NCBI GenBank assembly: GCA_963736005.1
Contig: CAVTNB010000001.1
Location: 512,001 to 576,000 of the forward strand
Length of the DNA: 64,000 bases
From: an uncultured Pseudomonadota bacterium
Lineage (GTDB): Bacteria > Vulcanimicrobiota > Vulcanimicrobiia > Eremiobacterales > Eremiobacteraceae
Reading direction: 5' to 3'
A program made the translations under genes and the position numbers. Positions 1-9,684 of this stretch are shown here, piece after piece; position 1 is the stretch's first letter, and each line of letters begins with the position of its first letter. The notes beneath the pieces are model-generated. The model saw nothing but the letters and a program-made list of their open reading frames with translations. It made no database searches and was not told where the DNA came from.

Positions 1-413
1 ACCTGCTTGTTCGTCAGCGGCAACTTCGGCATGCCCGAACTCTTGTCGACGCCTTGCGGATTGAGAACCATGTAGGCGACTTGGCCCGCCTTCAGACCCG
101 CCCCCGCGAGCGTCGGGCCGACTTGCCCGTTCTTCCCGCCCGCGCCATGGCAGCTTGCGCAATTCGCCGCAAACACTGCCGCCCCGGCGGTCGCATTACC
201 CGGAGCGACTTTCGCGGAGGGCAATTTTGCCAGCGGGATAGGCAGGCTGGCCTGTGCCGCCACCGTGTTTCCTGACGATGCCATCGTCGCCGCGTTTGAA
301 GACGACGACATCGAAGTTGCGCCAGTGTCCGACGAGTTTTGGCTCTTCGCGCATGAAGTAAAGGCAAATCCAGCAACGATGAGGGCGATGAACAGAAGAA
401 ACAAATTTTTCAC
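1..413 (-). CDS. Lipoprotein c-type cytochrome (3' end outside window)
   Basis: Own translation from GTG 413 (GAGGAG upstream): MKNLFLLFIALIVAGFAFTSC lipobox-like signal, Ser/Ala-rich linker, heme motif CASCH, later GMP (possible axial Met). Not in the ORF track because the stop lies outside the window. Confidence 0.85.
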   Translation of the reverse strand, partial: MKNLFLLFIALIVAGFAFTSCAKSQNSSDTGATSMSSSSNAATMASSGNTVAAQASLPIPLAKLPSAKVAPGNATAGAAVFAANCASCHGAGGKNGQVGPTLAGAGLKAGQVAYMVLNPQGVDKSSGMPKLPLTNKQ

Positions 414-455
414 GGCAGCTTTTCTCCTCAAATAGAGCGCTGAACTCACAGGCGG

Positions 456-1697
456 TTACCCGGTTTGCTCGGCCAATCCTCCCTTTTCTTCGCGAACGAA
501 CGCGAGAGCGATGGCCCCGACGGTAACGAAGATCGCTATGAGAGCGAAGAGCAAGCGGTAACCGAGCGCAAGATCGCCAGAAGCGATGCCAACGCGATCG
601 ACGAGGAGGCCACCGATGATTGGTGCCGCAACTTGGGGACCTGAGGCACCGATGTTCCAGATCGCCATGAGCGCCCCAGCCCTGCCTGGAGGGAGCAAGA
701 CACACGCCAGGGCCCAGTCGACGGAATAGTATGCACCCCAGCCGATCCCGAGCAGCGCGGCTAACGGCAGCAAGCCATTCATGCCGCGAATGAGGCTCAC
801 AGCCGCGGCACCCACGGCCAGCATCGCGAGTGCGCCATAGAGGATGCGCTTCTTTGGCACTTTGTCTCCGGCGATGCCCGCGGGCACGGTGCCGATAAGC
901 GCACAGCCCGTCATGATGAGAAGCAAATTCAAACTCGTTGCGAGATAGGCGCTCACGTGCTGCGCAAAGCGAAGATAGAAAGCAAAAAATGGGAGAATCA
1001 AATACAGGCCCATGCTGACCGCCGTGCGTGAGCCGATCAGCCACGCGAAACTCGTGCGTGCCGGCCATGTGGCAGGGAGGTCTGTTGGTTGTTCGGGGTG
1101 ACGGTGTGCGGGAATGCCGAGCAACGTGATGCAGAGCGTGACCAAAAGGACGATTGAAAGCGCGCTCACCAAATGAACGAGCCCAGCCGTGAACATCGCA
1201 GCACTGACGGTGGGCCCCGGCTGGCGGATGAACACGCGCGCGAGCAGCAGGCCGGCAGCGCTGCCGCCCAACCGGAAAAAGCCCATGTACGCAGAGGCTC
1301 GGCTGCGCGAACCCGCGGCAACGCGCGTTGGCATCAGCGCCTGGTAAGGTCCACCTGCGACATTGAAGGCGATCTGCACGACTGCGAAAGCCACGAGGAC
1401 GTAGAAAAATGATGGGGCCAGCGCGAATGCGTACAAGCCAACAATATTGACGATCGTTCCCGCTGCGATCAACAGCTTGTGATGACCACGTCGATCGGAG
1501 AGCCTGCCAGCCCCGTACTGGGAGAGAATGGACAGCAGCGCTCCAGAGCCGGACAGGACAGCGGTCGCCGTACCAATGCTCGTGGGAGGGAAAAAGCGCG
1601 CGATCTGTCCCTGCAGCGCGGCGCCAAGCAGCGCCGACCATTGCAATTCCCACGCGAACCAAAAGACGGACAGGGAAAAGAAGTTCTCTCTACGCAC
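456..1697 (-). CDS. MFS transporter
   Basis: About 12 hydrophobic segments, motif A GRLSDRRGH and GIAGDKVPKK; GTG start overlaps the upstream stop. Confidence 0.85.
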   Translation of the reverse strand: MRRENFFSLSVFWFAWELQWSALLGAALQGQIARFFPPTSIGTATAVLSGSGALLSILSQYGAGRLSDRRGHHKLLIAAGTIVNIVGLYAFALAPSFFYVLVAFAVVQIAFNVAGGPYQALMPTRVAAGSRSRASAYMGFFRLGGSAAGLLLARVFIRQPGPTVSAAMFTAGLVHLVSALSIVLLVTLCITLLGIPAHRHPEQPTDLPATWPARTSFAWLIGSRTAVSMGLYLILPFFAFYLRFAQHVSAYLATSLNLLLIMTGCALIGTVPAGIAGDKVPKKRILYGALAMLAVGAAAVSLIRGMNGLLPLAALLGIGWGAYYSVDWALACVLLPPGRAGALMAIWNIGASGPQVAAPIIGGLLVDRVGIASGDLALGYRLLFALIAIFVTVGAIALAFVREEKGGLAEQTG

Positions 1698-2451
1698 GGC
1701 GCTCGAGCACAGTTCCATGTTTTTGCACGTAGTCGACGTCGAGCACGGAGTCGCAGTCCATCGCGAGCTCAGGGTACGCGCCCAAAACTGCAACAGCTTT
1801 GCCGCCCGTGAGTCGGGAAAGCCGCTGCACCACATGCTCCACGCTCAAGCGACCGAACATGTGGCGCGCCAGAATCGGCAAGCCCAGAAGCGACGCCATG
1901 GCAACCTGACTTCGCCTTGCGGCGAAGCAACTGCGCAGCATTTGTTCGTTCGCAAGGGCGAGCTCGGTCGAGACAACGCAAAGACTTCCGCCGGTCCAGT
2001 ACGCATCGCCAACACGCGCGAATTTGCTCCTGCCGCCCGGAAACGCGGCGAGAAACTCCTCACGCTCGTAAATCGGATAGGCAAAGTCAGCGTCATCCGG
2101 CACGCGCGAAAGAAAATCGTCGACGTGGGACGCCGTTACGAATGGCAGGTCCGAAGCGCAAAGCAGGGCTCTGCGCGTTCCAGCTTCACGTAAACCAGCG
2201 AGCGCGTTCTCTTCGCCCGAGCTTCGCTCTTTGAGCCAGAGATCGACGCCGCTCACCATCGTGCGAATGCTGCTTGGCCCGACAACGACGATGCGACGGA
2301 CGTTGGACGCGTGACGAACCGCAGCGAGAATCATCTCGAGCGGCGTCGCGTTGCCGACTCGAATAAGTGCCTTGATCTCGTTGCCCATGCGCGCGGCTTC
2401 ATCACGGCGAAAACGCCCTGCGGCCAAGATAACGGCATCCACCAGTTCCAC
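1690..2451 (-). CDS. MobA-like nucleotidyltransferase family protein
   Basis: DAVILAAG...KAL N-terminus, LLCASDLPF, C-terminal MDCD; start GTG 2451 overlaps the upstream stop. Confidence 0.8.
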   Translation of the reverse strand: MELVDAVILAAGRFRRDEAARMGNEIKALIRVGNATPLEMILAAVRHASNVRRIVVVGPSSIRTMVSGVDLWLKERSSGEENALAGLREAGTRRALLCASDLPFVTASHVDDFLSRVPDDADFAYPIYEREEFLAAFPGGRSKFARVGDAYWTGGSLCVVSTELALANEQMLRSCFAARRSQVAMASLLGLPILARHMFGRLSVEHVVQRLSRLTGGKAVAVLGAYPELAMDCDSVLDVDYVQKHGTVLERRA

Positions 2452-3056
2452 TATATTCGCGTGAGGTCCAATCCGCCTGAAGATTCCAAAACGCGCGCGA
2501 CATCGTCGACCCGCGCGGATGGTGCGGCCACAATCAATGCAAGCGACCCTTCGTTCATGCCATCGATCAGACGAAAGCCTGCATGAGCTGACTGTTGAGG
2601 CGCAAGCGCCGCACCCAAAACGGACCCGACGAATAGACCCAAAACGAAAAACAAGAGTGCGTTTGCCAGCGGTTGCAGGTCTGCCGGAACGGGAATCTCG
2701 TGGCCTGCTGGCGTGAAGCTCAAGAGGATGCCGGCAACAATGCCGAGCGCTGCTCCCCAAACGCCGGCGCGGTCGACCGCACGCCGCGCGGTCGCCTCAC
2801 CGCTGTACTCACCCATACCGCAAAATGGGTCATCGGCCAGCAGATCTGCAACCACTCCGCTGCGCTGCGCGAGCTCGTTTGCTCGTTCTTGGGGGAGCGC
2901 TCCCACATGCACATCGTGAGGCGCGATGCCGGCGCGCAGCAACAGTTCGACCGCCTCGGTCAACGCCGCCTCGGTAGAAAAGACGCAACCGATAGCGCGG
3001 GGCGTCAAAGGAGCTGGCGCACCTTGGCCAAAGTGGGCAGCGATGGATTCCGACAA
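2451..3056 (-). CDS. Hypothetical membrane protein (2 TM, Gly/Ala-rich)
   Basis: ORF 2451..3137 with two hydrophobic helices; start uncertain. Confidence 0.6.
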   Translation of the reverse strand: MSESIAAHFGQGAPAPLTPRAIGCVFSTEAALTEAVELLLRAGIAPHDVHVGALPQERANELAQRSGVVADLLADDPFCGMGEYSGEATARRAVDRAGVWGAALGIVAGILLSFTPAGHEIPVPADLQPLANALLFFVLGLFVGSVLGAALAPQQSAHAGFRLIDGMNEGSLALIVAAPSARVDDVARVLESSGGLDLTRI

Positions 3057-3366
3057 CGTTGAGCACCCCGCACAACCAGATGTGACGCCGCGCAGCGGCG
3101 TTCTCGTCGGCCGAGCCGTAACCATTCGGGCGAGCAACCCGCCCCCACCCTATTTCACCGATGTTCACAGAAGCTGGATCGGCAAAACCGGTCGCGTGCA
3201 CGCGATCATCCCTGCGGTACCACGCGACAACCCGCTGGTCAAAGTCGGCTTTGACGAAGGAACCGAGATCGTGTTCTATCGCCTGAGCGAACTCGACGTT
3301 CATGAGGACACCCCGTCCCAAGATTCACGCAAACACGGGCAGCGCGGGAGCCATCTCCCGGACTAA
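3043..3366 (+). CDS. Small hypothetical protein
   Basis: MDSDNVEH...IGKTGRVHAII...VKVGFDEGTEIVFYRLSELDV; beta-rich, SH3/KOW-like pattern. Confidence 0.6.
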   Translation: MDSDNVEHPAQPDVTPRSGVLVGRAVTIRASNPPPPYFTDVHRSWIGKTGRVHAIIPAVPRDNPLVKVGFDEGTEIVFYRLSELDVHEDTPSQDSRKHGQRGSHLPD

Positions 3367-3373
3367 TGTAAAT

Positions 3374-3398
3374 GCAGGGTCGCGAATTTATTCGCGAC
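3374..3398 (+). repeat. REP-like palindrome, type A
   Basis: gcag-g-gtcgcgaa-ttta-ttcgcgac; core identical to the copy at 23305..23324. Confidence 0.8.
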
Positions 3399-4230
3399 GA
3401 GCGTGAATGGCAGAAATGAGCCACGCTAGACCGTCGACCACACGCGGACCATTTCGCTCGACTGTGTCGTCCGAGGGAGGCCGCACGACGCGCCCTGTTT
3501 TCACAGCTCGCATGCTGCGCCACGGTTCTCGCGCCATCACATCCGCGCCGAATTGGGTTTCACGCGCCACAATGATGACGTCGGGATCGGCTTTGAGGAG
3601 CCATTCACTGCTGACGTCTGGATAGGGCTGATCGATGCCGCCGGCGACGTTGACGCCCCCCGCCAACCGAATAAGATCGTCCAAAAAGCTGTGGGCGCCA
3701 GCCGTAAAGCCGGGCAGATCCAACAAGAAGAAAACCTTCGGCCGGTCGCGATACCCCGATGCCACGTGAGCCAGCTCCCCGAATCGTCGATGCAGAGCGG
3801 CAGCTAGGCGGTGCGCGCCCGGCTCATCGCCGCATGCTTTCCCGACCCCATCGATATCCTCAAAAAGATTGTTGAGATCGCGATTGGGAAGATATTGGAC
3901 TGGAATGTGAAGCTGCGACGCAATAGGCGCTGCTTCTCGTTCTTGATCGTGCAGCGCGAGAACGATCGTCGGTGCGAGCACGCTCAGTCGCTCGAGGTCG
4001 ACCGTGACAAGATCCGCAACGTGGGTGAGGCGCCGGGCAGCCACTGGATAGTCATCGAAGGTTGTATCGGCGACGAGCTTTGGACCGCACCCGAGCGCAT
4101 AGGCAATCTCGGTCAGGGATGGCGCGAGGGAGACGACGCGGACGGCCGATCCTACTGTTTGCGATGGCGAGATGCTCGCGCACGCGACGATCGCAACTGC
4201 GCAGGCCACGCGCAGGCGCAGGGATGCCAC
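3388..4230 (-). CDS. btuF: Cobalamin ABC transporter substrate-binding protein
   Basis: RVVSLAPSLTEIAYALG, SEWLLKADPDVII, RNGPRVVDGL; in riboswitch operon. Confidence 0.85.
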   Translation of the reverse strand: MASLRLRVACAVAIVACASISPSQTVGSAVRVVSLAPSLTEIAYALGCGPKLVADTTFDDYPVAARRLTHVADLVTVDLERLSVLAPTIVLALHDQEREAAPIASQLHIPVQYLPNRDLNNLFEDIDGVGKACGDEPGAHRLAAALHRRFGELAHVASGYRDRPKVFFLLDLPGFTAGAHSFLDDLIRLAGGVNVAGGIDQPYPDVSSEWLLKADPDVIIVARETQFGADVMAREPWRSMRAVKTGRVVRPPSDDTVERNGPRVVDGLAWLISAIHARRE

Positions 4231-6200
4231 TATCGCGTGGACACCCGAATGGAGAAGGCCCTGCCGATGACGGGATAGCCAAGCACATCCTCAGCGCTCG
4301 AGTTGTTTTCCAGATTGTCGACTTGCAGCGTCACGGCAAACCCACTGCTGATCCTCTTTTTGACGTGCACGCTCGTGGTCACGTAGGGCCGCATGAGTTC
4401 GGTATTGGCTTCGTCCGCATAGCGACGCCCGACGAAGACGGTATCCAGCCCATAGGTCCACGTGCCGCGCGCAACCCATGCCGTGGCGGAGGCAGTTGCG
4501 GTAGGTCTGTACAGCAGCCGGTTGCCGGAAAATGCAAGAGCGTAATCCACCGCGCGGAGATAGTCGGTGTACGCGATCGAAGCGTGCGCGAAACGCCCGA
4601 GGTCGTGCGAGATGCTCGACTCTATCCCGCGGACGCGAGCCCGGCTCACGTTGACGGGGTGCACGTCGCCGAACTTGTCGAACGGCACGTTGATGATCAA
4701 GTTGTTCGTATCTGCGCCGAAGTACGCGAGATTGAAATCACCATGCGACCCTCGTGCTCGTACACCCCCATCGAAGGTTGCGCCGTACTCAGGCAAGAGC
4801 GCAGGATCGCCATAGCCTGGATAATAGCGTTCGTCGAGATTCGGATTCCGAAAGGCCCGGGCGTAGTTCGCGACGAGATCAAACGCATCGGACAATTTGA
4901 GAATCGCGCCGGTTGATGGAACACTCACCGGTTTCGTTCCCGCGGACTGTTCGTTTCGAACTCCGGCGCTGACCGAGAAAGGCGAGTTTGGAGCATGCTC
5001 CTCATCTTGAAGGTACAAGGCGCTCGTCGTGTCGCGAGCCACGCAGGGTTTGTTCTTCGTGATGCCCTCACATTGCACCGGAGGTCCGCCGTACGGCACG
5101 CCTGCAAAAGCGAAATCGAACAATGCGGTGTCGTTCCCCGCGTCATAGCCGGTCGTCACGACGTTTGATTGCCCGACCTCCATCGTTGCCCGCAGCGCGA
5201 TCTGCCGAGAATTCGCGTTGCCTTGCGTGTCGTACGCAAAGGGAGGTGTCGGATCGTAAAAATGCAGGCGCCGACCATCCGTTGAGAGTTGCAGTTCGAA
5301 TTCGCTGCGCGCGAGGGGAAGATCGAAGTCCAAGTTCATCCTTTGATAGATGCGCTGCTGGCGGGCGAGCCCACTTGGTTGCGCGGGTCCAAACGGTGAA
5401 AAAACACTTCCCGGAGATCCTATGTTGGATGCATTGTTTTGCAGCGTTGCCGCTGCTAAGACCGCGCCGAGACGGCCATTGAGATTCACGCTCGTATTTT
5501 CTTCTTTCGCGTCGTCATTGGTCCGCACGCCCGTCGGATACAGAGTCCCATAGGCTGGGTAGGCGAACTCGTTGTTGGCGGAGACCGTTTGCACGTCAAC
5601 GCGCCCCAAGAAATTCGGCGCGCCCAGCGTCACGCCCAACCCGCGCGTGAACTCGCCGCGATACCCCCATTGCGCGATCGCCGTCGCGCTCCCAGCGCTC
5701 ACGGGTTCTTTGGTGACTATGTTGATGACGCCGCCCATAGCTGCGCTGCCATAAAGGGTTGACGACCCGCCTTGCACCACCTCAATGTGGTCGATCGTGC
5801 TCGCCGGCAGCGTTGAAAAATCAAACGAACCGGTGTCTGGTTCGTTTGCCGGCAACCCGTTGATGAGAATGAGCGTCTGCGACGTGCTTGCGCCTCGCAG
5901 CGCAACCGTCGCGAGTGAGCCGTAGGCGCCATACTCTTGCACGACCGTGCCCGGTACGAAGCGCAAGGCGTCGGCCGCTGTCGCTGCGCCGAGTCGTTCC
6001 AGATCAGCGGCGCTCAGAATCCAGACATGACGGGAGGTGCGGCCGATGGGCGTCTGGTGGCGTTGCGCGGTCACAACCACGCCGCTCAACTGCTTTGGCG
6101 CTGGCGTCGCGCTCGGGCCTGGTGTTGGCGCAGCCAACGACGGGATCGCTGCGGCAAACCCGACGACGGCAACGACCGTGAGAACGATAAGGGTGCGCAC
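4230..6200 (-). CDS. btuB: TonB-dependent receptor, BtuB-like
   Basis: Signal peptide, VVVTAQR, plug motifs LILING and IEVVQGGSSTLYGSAAMGGVINIVTK; RBS AAGGA before GTG 6200. Confidence 0.85.
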   Translation of the reverse strand: MRTLIVLTVVAVVGFAAAIPSLAAPTPGPSATPAPKQLSGVVVTAQRHQTPIGRTSRHVWILSAADLERLGAATAADALRFVPGTVVQEYGAYGSLATVALRGASTSQTLILINGLPANEPDTGSFDFSTLPASTIDHIEVVQGGSSTLYGSAAMGGVINIVTKEPVSAGSATAIAQWGYRGEFTRGLGVTLGAPNFLGRVDVQTVSANNEFAYPAYGTLYPTGVRTNDDAKEENTSVNLNGRLGAVLAAATLQNNASNIGSPGSVFSPFGPAQPSGLARQQRIYQRMNLDFDLPLARSEFELQLSTDGRRLHFYDPTPPFAYDTQGNANSRQIALRATMEVGQSNVVTTGYDAGNDTALFDFAFAGVPYGGPPVQCEGITKNKPCVARDTTSALYLQDEEHAPNSPFSVSAGVRNEQSAGTKPVSVPSTGAILKLSDAFDLVANYARAFRNPNLDERYYPGYGDPALLPEYGATFDGGVRARGSHGDFNLAYFGADTNNLIINVPFDKFGDVHPVNVSRARVRGIESSISHDLGRFAHASIAYTDYLRAVDYALAFSGNRLLYRPTATASATAWVARGTWTYGLDTVFVGRRYADEANTELMRPYVTTSVHVKKRISSGFAVTLQVDNLENNSSAEDVLGYPVIGRAFSIRVSTR

Positions 6201-6217
6201 GCTGTCCGGTCCTTTCC

Positions 6218-6946
6218 TTACGTGGGTAAGCAAATGAGATAGCCCTCGTGCGGATGATGGTGCGTGGAGACGGCGATGCCGTAGGCCTCGCTGAGCGCGC
6301 GGGCCTCGAGCACTTCGTCAGGTGGCCCCATTGCGAGCGCACCGTTCGCAAGCAGTGCAACATCATCTGCAAAGCGTGCCGCAAGCGTCAGGTCGTGAAC
6401 GGCGGCGACGACCGACACGCCCGAGCGAGTCAACTCCCGAAGCATTTTGAGGATCTCGATCTGGAAACGAAGGTCAAGGTGCGTGGTCGGTTCGTCGATG
6501 AGCAGCACGTCGGCGCACGTTGCAAGCGCCGCTGCGATCCAAGCACGTTGTACTTCTCCAGCGCTCATGCTGGCGATGGGATCTTCATACCGTTCCGAAA
6601 GATTGCAGCGGGCGAGCGCCGCGTGGATGCGTTGCTCGTCGTCGGGCGCTAGCGTCCACTGCCAGAAGCGGCGGTTCGCCGCAAGTCCGTACGCGGCAAG
6701 ATCGACCGGTGTTAAATCGCCCGGCGGATCCATAGACGGCGCAATCAGCGCAACTTTGCCTGCGCGACTCACCCGGCCCGCAGTTGGCTTTTGCACTCCC
6801 GCAAGCACCCGCAAGAGCGACGACTTCCCGCCACCATTAGGTCCGATGAGCGCGACAAAGCGGCCCGGCAGCACGGCAAAGTCCACCCCCTCGAAGACAG
6901 GCCTTGCCCCGTACGCAACCGTCAGCCGCTCGCCGCGCAGCATCAT
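6218..6946 (-). CDS. Cobalamin/iron-siderophore ABC transporter ATPase
   Basis: Walker A GPNGGGKS, signature MSAGEVQR, Walker B LLIDEPT, HDL; TGATG coupling with the permease. Confidence 0.9.
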   Translation of the reverse strand: MMLRGERLTVAYGARPVFEGVDFAVLPGRFVALIGPNGGGKSSLLRVLAGVQKPTAGRVSRAGKVALIAPSMDPPGDLTPVDLAAYGLAANRRFWQWTLAPDDEQRIHAALARCNLSERYEDPIASMSAGEVQRAWIAAALATCADVLLIDEPTTHLDLRFQIEILKMLRELTRSGVSVVAAVHDLTLAARFADDVALLANGALAMGPPDEVLEARALSEAYGIAVSTHHHPHEGYLICLPT

Positions 6947-8022
6947 CAGAGTTCGACCGGCCGGCGAGCGATCACGAGAAAAAACGGAACGCCGACGAAC
7001 GCAAGCAAAACGCCAAGCGGAACTTCGCTGGGCGGCATCACGGTTCTGGCCAAAAGGTCGGCAATGACCACCACGATTGCACCACCCAGCGCACTGCCGA
7101 TGAGCAACCAGCGTGCATCGCCGCCGATAAATCGACGCAGCACGTGCGGTACCATCAAGCCGACGAAACCGACGATGCCGCTCACGGATACGCACGCCGC
7201 GGTAATGAGCGCGGCCGCCGCGATGATGCGCCAGCGCGCCGCGAAAACGGTCAGGCCAAATCCGAGCGCGGCCGCACTCCCCAATCGAAGGAGATTCAGC
7301 GCGTGCACTTGCGAAAACGCCGCAGCAACGCCAACGCTAAGGTACGCAGTCATGAGGGCCAGATCTGACCAACCGCGCCCGCTGATCCCTCCGGCCAGCC
7401 AGGCGAGAATGTTGAGCCCGCCCGCCTGCTCGCGCTGCAACAAGATGAGGGTCACAAATGCGCTGGCGAGGGCCGAGACCGCCACGCCGGCAAGGACCAG
7501 TCGAAGGCTACCCCCCGGCCCATCCGATGCGCCAATCCAAGCGACGATCGTTGCGCACGCGAGCCCTCCAAAAAACGCGAGCGCTGGGATCAGGGCAAAC
7601 GTCACGCCGAGCGCAAACCCCGCAGAGGCTGCAAGCGCTGCGCCCGCGGCGACACCGGTAATATACGGATCCACCAACGGATTGCGAAACATCGCTTGCA
7701 ACATCGCGCCTGCCATGCCGAGACCGGCACCAACGGCCATTGCGAGCAGGACGCGCGGCAATCGAAGATCCCACACGATGGCATGCGACGTTCCAACCAC
7801 GCTTGGATGGAAAAGCGTGAAGACGATGGCGGAGAGAGGCAGACTGACGCTTCCTATCGATAGGGCGAGCAAGGCTGCGCACGGCACGAGGAGCGCGAGC
7901 ACGATCAAACGGCTTGTTCTGACATTGCGCCGAACGTAGGCGGGGCGGGAGCGTTGCAAGGGCGACGCGCTTGCGCCCCTCGGTGAGGGTGCAGTCCCGC
8001 TTGCCCCAGCGGAATGGATCAT
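6946..8022 (-). CDS. FecCD/BtuC-family ABC permease
   Basis: DLRLPR, FRNPLVDPYITG, GIVGFVGLMVPH, GVPFF. Confidence 0.9.
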   Translation of the reverse strand: MIHSAGASGTAPSPRGASASPLQRSRPAYVRRNVRTSRLIVLALLVPCAALLALSIGSVSLPLSAIVFTLFHPSVVGTSHAIVWDLRLPRVLLAMAVGAGLGMAGAMLQAMFRNPLVDPYITGVAAGAALAASAGFALGVTFALIPALAFFGGLACATIVAWIGASDGPGGSLRLVLAGVAVSALASAFVTLILLQREQAGGLNILAWLAGGISGRGWSDLALMTAYLSVGVAAAFSQVHALNLLRLGSAAALGFGLTVFAARWRIIAAAALITAACVSVSGIVGFVGLMVPHVLRRFIGGDARWLLIGSALGGAIVVVIADLLARTVMPPSEVPLGVLLAFVGVPFFLVIARRPVEL

Positions 8023-8060
8023 CGCATAAACCTCTTGAGCGCGAAGAGGCAGTTGCTAAG

Positions 8061-8210
8061 AACGGCTGGGCAGGTCTCCTGGCTCTCGGATCAAGGCCTT
8101 CGTGCCGGTGCCTTCCCTTCCGAAACGGAAAGTGGCGCAACCGACGGCTCCCCGATAACAGTGGCGCGACCGCGCCGGATTTTCACCGGCTTCCCTGGCG
8201 CCCGGGCCGT
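8061..8210 (-). ncRNA. Cobalamin riboswitch
   Basis: Minus strand reads agggaa-gccggtgaaaatccggc-gcggtcgcgccactgt...ccact...gggaagg...gagccaggagacctgcc (B12 box), directly upstream of the B12 uptake genes. Confidence 0.93.
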
Positions 8211-8297
8211 GTGGTGTCGCTGTTCGAATCACCGTACGGTGAGCCCTGCACGCACCGTAGGAACTCGCGATTGACCGCAGGAAGGACGGGCGCTCCC

Positions 8298-9144
8298 ATG
8301 CAGTATTTCGAACCGAATTTTGTTGACGAAGCGCTCGTGCTGCTCGATCGATTCGGTTCGCAAGCACGTCTTCTTGCGGGAGGCACGCGCCTGGCGTTCG
8401 CGCTGCGCGGCGATGCGGACAAGGTTGGCGCGCTCGTCAATCTCAAACGGATTAAGGAGCTTTCCACCGTCAGCCTGCGCGAGCCGGCGCTGTATGTCGG
8501 AGCGCTCGCCACCGCCGCAACGCTTGCGTCGCATCCCGCTGTGAGACGACATGTTCCCGTGCTCGCGCAGGCCGCGATAAGCATGGGGGCGCGCCAACTC
8601 CGCAGCGTTGCAACCATCGGCGGCAACGTTTGCTCGGGGGATCCAGCTTCCGATCTTTCCGTTGCTCTCCTAGCCTGCGACGCGCAATGCGAAATCAGAA
8701 GGTCATCGTCAGATCCGGCACTCGTCGTTCCTATCGAGGAACTGCTCCGCAAGGGCCAAAGCGCGCTCGAACCGGGCTCGCTCCTCATTGGCCTGCGCAT
8801 ACCACTTGGGTGGGATCGCTGCGCGTACCAGAAAATGACGACCCGACGAGCATTTGAAATGTCACTTGTCGCCGTCGCCTTTTGCTGTCGCAACGGGCCA
8901 TCTCTGGACGAAGCTCGAGTTGCGTTCGCCGGAGCCGCGCCCACGATTGTCCGCGCCCGCGAGGCCGAAAAAGTTCTGGCCGGGAAAGCGCTTCACGCTC
9001 GGGCGTGCGCGAGATGCCGCACGCGCAGCCGGCGCGCACGATGCCGCACCACAAACTGATTGGCGCGCGAGCGCCGAGTTTCGGCGCCAGCTTGTCGTGA
9101 CGCTCACCGAGCGTGCGATCGTAGCGGCCTGCGGCGAGCGCTGA
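8298..9144 (+). CDS. Molybdoenzyme FAD-binding subunit (CoxM/XdhB-like), +1 frameshift near 8985
   Basis: LAGGT, ATIGGN...PASD; the conserved C-terminus DWRASAEFRR lies in the next frame and ends TGATG on the small-subunit start. Confidence 0.85.
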
Positions 9145-9665
9145 TGCAACGAGTTCGTTTACAGGTCAATGGTTCCGTGCGCGAAGCGATGGTCGAGCCG
9201 CAGCTGTCGTTGCTCCGACTGCTGCGCGACGAACTGCAGCTTACCGGCACCAAAGAAGGTTGCAGCGAAGGGTACTGCGGTGCTTGCACGGTCCTCGTCG
9301 ACGGCGAGCCGGTGAATTCGTGCCTTTTCTTTGCAGTCGATGCAGACCACAAAAACGTCACCACAGTGGAAGGATTGGAGGACGCCCAAGGCAAGCCGCA
9401 TCCCCTCCAGTCGGCGTTCGTGCAAGAAGGCGGGCTGCAGTGTGGGTTCTGCACCCCGGGCATGTTGATGTCAGCCGTCGCGCTGCTCGAGACCAACCCA
9501 TCGCCCGGCGAAAACGACGTGCGGCTGGCAATCGCGGGGAACATCTGCCGCTGTACCGGGTACCAGGCGATCGTCAGTGCCGTCGTTGCCGCGGCGGCGG
9601 TTGTGCGCAAGCAAGATGCGCAACGGAGTGCCCGCGAGCGTAAACCCATGCACTCCCGCCCCTAA
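9144..9665 (+). CDS. Molybdoenzyme 2x[2Fe-2S] subunit (CoxS-like)
   Basis: GCSEGYCGACTV, QCGFCTPG, NICRCTGY. Confidence 0.93.
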   Translation: MQRVRLQVNGSVREAMVEPQLSLLRLLRDELQLTGTKEGCSEGYCGACTVLVDGEPVNSCLFFAVDADHKNVTTVEGLEDAQGKPHPLQSAFVQEGGLQCGFCTPGMLMSAVALLETNPSPGENDVRLAIAGNICRCTGYQAIVSAVVAAAAVVRKQDAQRSARERKPMHSRP

Positions 9666-9684
9666 TCGCCCCACGGAGAAACCG

